A stretch of DNA of 32,000 bases from Nitrosopumilus maritimus SCM1. GTDB lineage: Archaea; Thermoproteota; Nitrososphaeria; Nitrososphaerales; Nitrosopumilaceae. A program made the translations under genes and the position numbers. Below are positions 27,296-32,000 of this stretch, piece after piece. Numbering within the stretch: the first letter of the stretch is position 1; every line of letters begins with the position of its first letter. The stretch is taken from assembly GCF_000018465.1 (NCBI RefSeq), contig NC_010085.1:1-32000 (forward strand), written 5' to 3'. The notes beneath the pieces are model-generated. The model was not told the DNA's origin and made no database searches. It worked only from the letters and a program-made list of their open reading frames with translations.

Positions 27296-28303
27296 ATGAA
27301 TCCCCAAATCGTACCAATTCATAGGACAGAGTCTCGAGAAGATGGAATGCTTTTTGTAAGGACTGATGGTATCATCGATACAATGGTTAATGCACCTCTG
27401 ATAGTTGCAGGATTGCTGGTTGTAGCACTAACGATACCTTTGCAGACCTCATTTGCCACTACTCGAACTCTTGATCTAATCATCAATTCAGATGGTTCTA
27501 CACATATCTCCTCTCAAATTGATGTGGATTCCTCAAACTTTGAGTTAAGTCTCTTTGGCCCATCTATTGACAACTTTGTTGCAATTGGGTCAGATGGTAC
27601 GACATTATCTGGTGAAGTCATTGAAGATAAAGCGATGATTCAGACGAGTGATCATTCTTCTATCACCGTAAACTATGATATCCACGACTTAATTTCTAAA
27701 GAAGGTAGGATCTGGACATTTTCATTTGATTCTCCTACAAATTATTCCCTCCTAATGCCAGAAAACTCTGTCATTGTTGGAATGAATATTCTACCTGAAA
27801 ACATGGAACAACTTGATTCTCAAATTAAATTAGATATATCTCCTGGTTCTGCACAAATTGATTACATCTTTAGTACTCCTGTAGAAACACCTACAACTCC
27901 ACCTGAATTTTCATTTGATTCAGTAACTATTGGTTTGATAGTTGGCCCAATTGCAGCAGCTATAATTGCTTCAGTAATTGTGGTAAAAAAGAGACAATCA
28001 AAACCTCAATTACAAACTGAGATAATCCAGGATATTCCTAAACCCACAACTGATTCACTAACTCCTGATACAATCTTTAATCTCAGACCAGATATGAGAG
28101 AAGATGATAAAGAGATTGTAAAATTCATCTCTGAGAATGGTGGTGAAGTCTTTGAAAGTGAGCTAAGAAAGAAGTTCCTTCAACCAAGAACCACAATGTG
28201 GAGAGCCGTAAAAAGACTAGAAAGATTAGGTGTAGTTGAAATTTACAAAAAAGATCTTCTAAATATGGTCAAATTACGAAACGATTTGGAGGAAGAGAAT
28301 TGA
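27296..28303 (+). CDS. membrane-anchored protein with extracytoplasmic domain and cytoplasmic C-terminal winged helix
   Basis: N-terminal TM 'APLIVAGLLVVALTIPLQTSFA', second TM 'VTIGLIVGPIAAAIIASVIVVKKRQ', C-terminal 'DKEIVKFISENGGEVFESELRKKFLQPRTTMWRAVKRLERLGVVEIYKKD'. Confidence 0.85.
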   Translation: MNPQIVPIHRTESREDGMLFVRTDGIIDTMVNAPLIVAGLLVVALTIPLQTSFATTRTLDLIINSDGSTHISSQIDVDSSNFELSLFGPSIDNFVAIGSDGTTLSGEVIEDKAMIQTSDHSSITVNYDIHDLISKEGRIWTFSFDSPTNYSLLMPENSVIVGMNILPENMEQLDSQIKLDISPGSAQIDYIFSTPVETPTTPPEFSFDSVTIGLIVGPIAAAIIASVIVVKKRQSKPQLQTEIIQDIPKPTTDSLTPDTIFNLRPDMREDDKEIVKFISENGGEVFESELRKKFLQPRTTMWRAVKRLERLGVVEIYKKDLLNMVKLRNDLEEEN

Positions 28304-28650
28304 AGAGCCTAACGTTACTTGCACTATTGGTATTGACAGTAGGCATCATTTCTACAAACCAAGCATTTGCAGAACCACTAGATTCTGTTAGCACCTCTGT
28401 TTCAAACTATGATGGAGATTCTGCAACTGTAGAGATTACCTGGAATAACGATGATTCAGTGAAAAATTACAAAGTTGGCTGTGTTAGTTGTACTCCAAAT
28501 ATTGTAGAATTCACAACTGGTAATAGTATGACCATAGATAATGTTACACCATTCCCTAATGGCTCATCTGCATTACTTTATGTGATTAGCTATGATTCCG
28601 AAAACAACATCATAACTGCAAAACAACTCATAGTCAATCTTAATCAGTAA
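28300..28650 (+). CDS. secreted protein with fibronectin type III-like fold
   Basis: 116 aa, signal peptide 'MKSLTLLALLVLTVGIISTNQAFA'; 4-bp overlap with the upstream gene. Confidence 0.75.
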   Translation: MKSLTLLALLVLTVGIISTNQAFAEPLDSVSTSVSNYDGDSATVEITWNNDDSVKNYKVGCVSCTPNIVEFTTGNSMTIDNVTPFPNGSSALLYVISYDSENNIITAKQLIVNLNQ

Positions 28651-28703
28651 TTTTCAAACTCCCAAAAATTATCATAAACTTATTATACATTTTCCAAACA
28701 GGA

Positions 28704-28904
28704 TTGAGCATGGCATCTAAAGCAATTACTGTTGGTGTGGGAATTCCAATGATTGTGGTTGGCGCTTTGATGGCATGGTTATGGGCTCCAATGGAAGGAG
28801 ATCTTCAAAATCAAGTAGAACTAATTGGAAGTACAATTGGCATTCTAGGCATAGTGTTCTTTATTTCTGGATTGTTCTACACAAAAGAACCAGTGATGCA
28901 TTAG
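28704..28904 (+). CDS. small two-TM membrane protein
   Basis: 66 aa ORF with two hydrophobic segments. Confidence 0.6.
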   Translation: MSMASKAITVGVGIPMIVVGALMAWLWAPMEGDLQNQVELIGSTIGILGIVFFISGLFYTKEPVMH

Positions 28905-28945
28905 AAACTCACTGAATAAATAATGAAAAAAATTACCATTATTAC

Positions 28946-29659
28946 TTGAAAGTTAGATTATTTGAGATATTTACATCCGTAGAAGGGGAAGGCATTCTTT
29001 ATGGAACAAAGACACTTTTTGTAAGACTAGCAGGTTGTCCATTTACTTGTTTTTATTGTGATACAAAAGAATCTCTTCCACTTGATTCTGGAACAGAATA
29101 CTCTATTGAGGATGCAAATCAACTAATTGACTCTAACCTAAAAAATCAAACATACAAAGTAAATTTCACAGGAGGTGATCCTCTTATTCAACATCAAGCA
29201 GTTGCATTACTTGCAAAACACATTCAGGAGAAAAAAATCCCAACATATCTAGAATCATCATGTTTTGATATTGATAGATTCAATCACGTCTTGCCATTTA
29301 TTGACATTGTAAAAATTGAATTCAAAACAAAGGATTCAGATTTTGTAGACTCTCAACACTATGAGAAACTAATTGGCCATACCATGAAATGCTTGGAATC
29401 ATCAGTCTCTGCAAAAAAGATAACCTACATCAAAGTAGTTGTCAGCTCAAAAACAAAGCCTGATGATTTTACACAACTAGTCAATCAAATCTTTGATATT
29501 GTATCAAAAGATGACATTGATGGATTCATCATCCAACCAACTTATGGTGTTGCAGAACCTTCACTTGATTTGTTGTTGAGTTTGTATGATATTGTTTTTC
29601 CACACTACAACGAAGTCAAGGTTGTTCCTCAACTGCACAAATTCATTGGCGCACCATAG
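28946..29659 (+). CDS. queE: 7-carboxy-7-deazaguanine synthase (radical SAM)
   Basis: 'EIFTSVEGEGILYGTKTLFVRLAGCPFTCFYCDTKESL' radical SAM CX3CX2C with QueE signature; 'VNFTGGDPL'. TTG start. Confidence 0.93.
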   Translation: MKVRLFEIFTSVEGEGILYGTKTLFVRLAGCPFTCFYCDTKESLPLDSGTEYSIEDANQLIDSNLKNQTYKVNFTGGDPLIQHQAVALLAKHIQEKKIPTYLESSCFDIDRFNHVLPFIDIVKIEFKTKDSDFVDSQHYEKLIGHTMKCLESSVSAKKITYIKVVVSSKTKPDDFTQLVNQIFDIVSKDDIDGFIIQPTYGVAEPSLDLLLSLYDIVFPHYNEVKVVPQLHKFIGAP

Positions 29660-29722
29660 TTACCACCAACCTAAAAATCCGATTACGTTCAAATACTAGA
29701 AAAATCGTCTCAAATCATCAAA

Positions 29723-30280
29723 ATGGATGAAGAACGTGTAAAGAAACTTGTCAGAGAATTGATAATCGAAGTTGGCGAAGATCCTACCCGTGAGGGCTTG
29801 CGTGAAACACCTGAAAGAATCGCAAACATGTATCAGGAAATCTTTTCTGGATATGACTCTGATTCAGAATTAGCTGTTCAATTCTCAGAAGATTCTGACG
29901 TAGTTGTAGCACGTGATATTCAGTTTTACTCAATGTGTGAGCACCATATGCTTCCATTCTTTGGTAAAATCCACATTGCATATTCTCCAAATGGCAGAGT
30001 CTTTGGAATCTCAAAACTAGTAAGACTAGTTGAAAAGTACTCTAAACGACTCCAGATTCAAGAACGCCTAACCAAAAACATTGCAGATGAACTATACTCT
30101 CAAGGTGTCAAGGGAGTAGTTGTTTTAGCTGATGCAGAGCACCTATGTATGAAAATGCGTGGTGTCAGAAATGATGCAACACTATCATCATCAGCATTTA
30201 GAGGAATTTATGAAAATAAAGAGGATAAAGAGAGCATTATGACTCTAATTCGAAAACGTGCTTCAGATTCTGCATATTAG
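29723..30280 (+). CDS. folE: GTP cyclohydrolase I
   Basis: 'EDPTREGLRETPERIANMYQEIFSGY', 'FYSMCEHHMLPFFGKIHIAYSPNGRVFGISKLVRLVE', 'AEHLCMKMRGV'. Confidence 0.95.
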   Translation: MDEERVKKLVRELIIEVGEDPTREGLRETPERIANMYQEIFSGYDSDSELAVQFSEDSDVVVARDIQFYSMCEHHMLPFFGKIHIAYSPNGRVFGISKLVRLVEKYSKRLQIQERLTKNIADELYSQGVKGVVVLADAEHLCMKMRGVRNDATLSSSAFRGIYENKEDKESIMTLIRKRASDSAY

Positions 30281-30320
30281 ATACTCAAAAATTAAATACC
30301 GATTCTATTTCAAAAAACTC

Positions 30321-30575
30321 ATGGATGACGGAAGAAAGATTGCATATATCCCAAAAGAAGGATGGCCAAAATTTACTTGGTATGCAATTGAATTTGCAAT
30401 AGTCCTTGCAGTCTGTATGTTGATTGCAAGAGAAGTTGTTGCAACTCTATCCGAATTGTCTCCAGACCTTCAGAACTATATCTGGTGGGGAATCACTGGA
30501 TTGATTTTCTTGGCATGGTATATTGGAATAAGAGGATTTATTCTAAAAAAGAAAATTCTAAACAACAGATACTAG
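30321..30575 (+). CDS. small two-TM membrane protein (track ORF starts at 30258; ATG 30321 more likely)
   Basis: 'MDDGRKIAYIPKEGWPKFTWYAIEFAIVLAVCML...' 84 aa; sits between folE and queC. Confidence 0.7.
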   Translation: MDDGRKIAYIPKEGWPKFTWYAIEFAIVLAVCMLIAREVVATLSELSPDLQNYIWWGITGLIFLAWYIGIRGFILKKKILNNRY

Positions 30576-30577
30576 AA

Positions 30578-31252
30578 TTATTTTAGATATTTTGTTTTGT
30601 CTGTAACTCCTGCTTTCTCAAATGCAATCTTTCTATTATTGCAAGACTCACAAACACCACAATGCAGTTTTTTGTTTGAATAACAACTCCAAGTTCTAAA
30701 GATGGAATCACCTAACACTTTCTTTCCTTTCTTTAACAAGTCACTTTTTGATAACCCTTCTCTGTATGGAGACCAAATCTTTATCTTTTTTCTTATTTTT
30801 GAATTAATCCCATCAATCTCGCCTTGATTGAATGCTGATTCTAGTTTCTTTGCAAAGGCAGGTCTGCAATCCGGATAGTACTTGTCTCCTGTATGTGCAC
30901 CATAAACGACTAGGGATGCGTTTAGGGTATATGCCCATGCAGATGCAACTGAGAGAAACACTGCATTTCTAATTGGTACTACTATAGAGTACTCAAATTT
31001 GCTTGGAATCTTTCTTTTTGAGCTAGTCAAGACATTAGAGTCACCGTACAACTCTTTCATAAAACCAATATCGATAATCTTGTGCTGTTTTAGTCCTAAT
31101 TTCTTTGCAAATGATTTTGTAGCAGAAATCTCCATGTTTGCTTTCTGACCATATGAAAAAGTAATTCCATACAACTCGTACTTTGATTTTAGAAATGATA
31201 CTGCACAAACAGAGTCAACTCCTCCACTAAAAACAACTACTGCTTTTTTCAT
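30578..31252 (-). CDS. queC: 7-cyano-7-deazaguanine synthase
   Basis: 'KKAVVVFSGGVDSVCAVSF' PP-loop, 'VPIRNAVFLSVASAWA', Cys cluster 'CYSNKKLHCGVCESCNNRK'. Confidence 0.94.
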   Translation of the reverse strand: MKKAVVVFSGGVDSVCAVSFLKSKYELYGITFSYGQKANMEISATKSFAKKLGLKQHKIIDIGFMKELYGDSNVLTSSKRKIPSKFEYSIVVPIRNAVFLSVASAWAYTLNASLVVYGAHTGDKYYPDCRPAFAKKLESAFNQGEIDGINSKIRKKIKIWSPYREGLSKSDLLKKGKKVLGDSIFRTWSCYSNKKLHCGVCESCNNRKIAFEKAGVTDKTKYLK

Positions 31253-31255
31253 GAC

Positions 31256-31981
31256 TCATCTTCTTTTGTCTGCAGCACCTTTACTTGGTTTGCAGATTAC
31301 TGTCTGACATTCTGTTTTTGCTGATGCAAATCCTCTTGACATTGCAGAACTGATCTTTTTCAAATCAGCTGAACTTTTAGAAAATGCAATTACTGAAGGT
31401 CCTGCTCCACTGATTGTTACGCCTAATGCCCCTGCTTTTAGGGCATTTTCTTTTACCTTGTCAAATCCTGGAATCATATGCTTTCTTGCAGGTTCTACAA
31501 TTACATCTTTGATTGAGTTTCCGATTAATTCTGGATCTTTTTTCATAAATCCTGCAACAATTGCAGATGCGTTTGATAAATTCAAAATACTGTCTGTTAG
31601 TTTCACTTTCTTTGGAATTACTCCTCTTGAAACCTTGGTCTTCTTTTTTGGAACCTCAAGTTTTGGAACAGCAACACACATTCTAAGATTTGTTGGAGGA
31701 TCTACTCTGGTTACTTGCAATGGATTTGTTTTAACAATTACAAATCCTCCTAATACGGAAGCTGCAACATTATCATAATGAACTGATCCTGCACTTGCTT
31801 TTTCACCAGATCCTGCAAACTCTACTAGAGAATTTCCATCTAACTTTAATCCAAATAATTTGTCAAATGCTACTGCTGTAGCAGCAGCTGATGCGGCACT
31901 ACTTCCCATTCCAAATCCTGCAGGAACGCCTTTCTTGATTTTAATCTCTACTCCACTTTTTATCTTGAATTTTTTTTTCAT
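31256..31981 (-). CDS. thrB: GHMP kinase, probable homoserine kinase (5' end lies beyond the window)
   Basis: 'IKKGVPAGFGMGSSAASAAATAVAFDKLF' GHMP glycine loop, 'GVTISGAGPSVIAFS' motif; N-terminal part absent because the gene runs off the right edge. Confidence 0.8.
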   Translation of the reverse strand: MKKKFKIKSGVEIKIKKGVPAGFGMGSSAASAAATAVAFDKLFGLKLDGNSLVEFAGSGEKASAGSVHYDNVAASVLGGFVIVKTNPLQVTRVDPPTNLRMCVAVPKLEVPKKKTKVSRGVIPKKVKLTDSILNLSNASAIVAGFMKKDPELIGNSIKDVIVEPARKHMIPGFDKVKENALKAGALGVTISGAGPSVIAFSKSSADLKKISSAMSRGFASAKTECQTVICKPSKGAADKRR

Positions 31982-32000
31982 ATTTTTTACAACTAGTCCT

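Noticed and set aside
1-32000. Search for mobile elements, integrase, restriction-modification, CRISPR-Cas or a rRNA/tRNA cluster
   Set aside because: No transposase, integrase or defence gene sets, no regularly spaced repeats and no rRNA or tRNA-like sequences were recognised by reading; the window looks like conserved core chromosome with small unknown genes.

Overview
This 32 kb window is AT-rich, gene-dense archaeal chromosome. Gene content points to a marine ammonia-oxidizing thaumarchaeon of Nitrosopumilus type (inference from D-family polymerase small subunit, multiple TFBs, an ESCRT-III/CdvB paralog and repeated 'WIKNNAxWWSxG' secreted modules). It starts with orc1/cdc6, convergent with DNA polymerase D small subunit. 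Other supported genes: cbiE-like methyltransferase, cyclophilin-type PPIase with extra domains, NDH-2-like dehydrogenase, Hsp20, Cdc48, two TFBs, CrcB/FluC, a cation/proton antiporter, hemerythrin-like protein, APS kinase, IMPase/CysQ-family phosphatase, SDR, CdvB-like protein, a winged-helix/membrane-HTH cassette, and queE-folE-queC next to a 5'-truncated GHMP kinase (probable thrB). I see no CRISPR array, transposase, rRNA or convincing tRNA. The most notable unexplained signal is a GC-rich intergenic island at about 22400-22535. It folds into a branched structure (a 17-bp interrupted closing stem and two internal hairpins) followed by T-rich sequence, and looks like an unannotated structured ncRNA. 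Other leads are a tandem 12-bp operator-like repeat and sensor-like cassette (26.9-28.6 kb), a shared ATTTCTGGCT element in front of two divergent genes, a cupredoxin-like domain that has lost its Cys/His ligand positions, a HEPN-like RX4H protein, a perfect 75-bp intragenic duplication, and near-zero spacing or overlap at all ten convergent gene ends.
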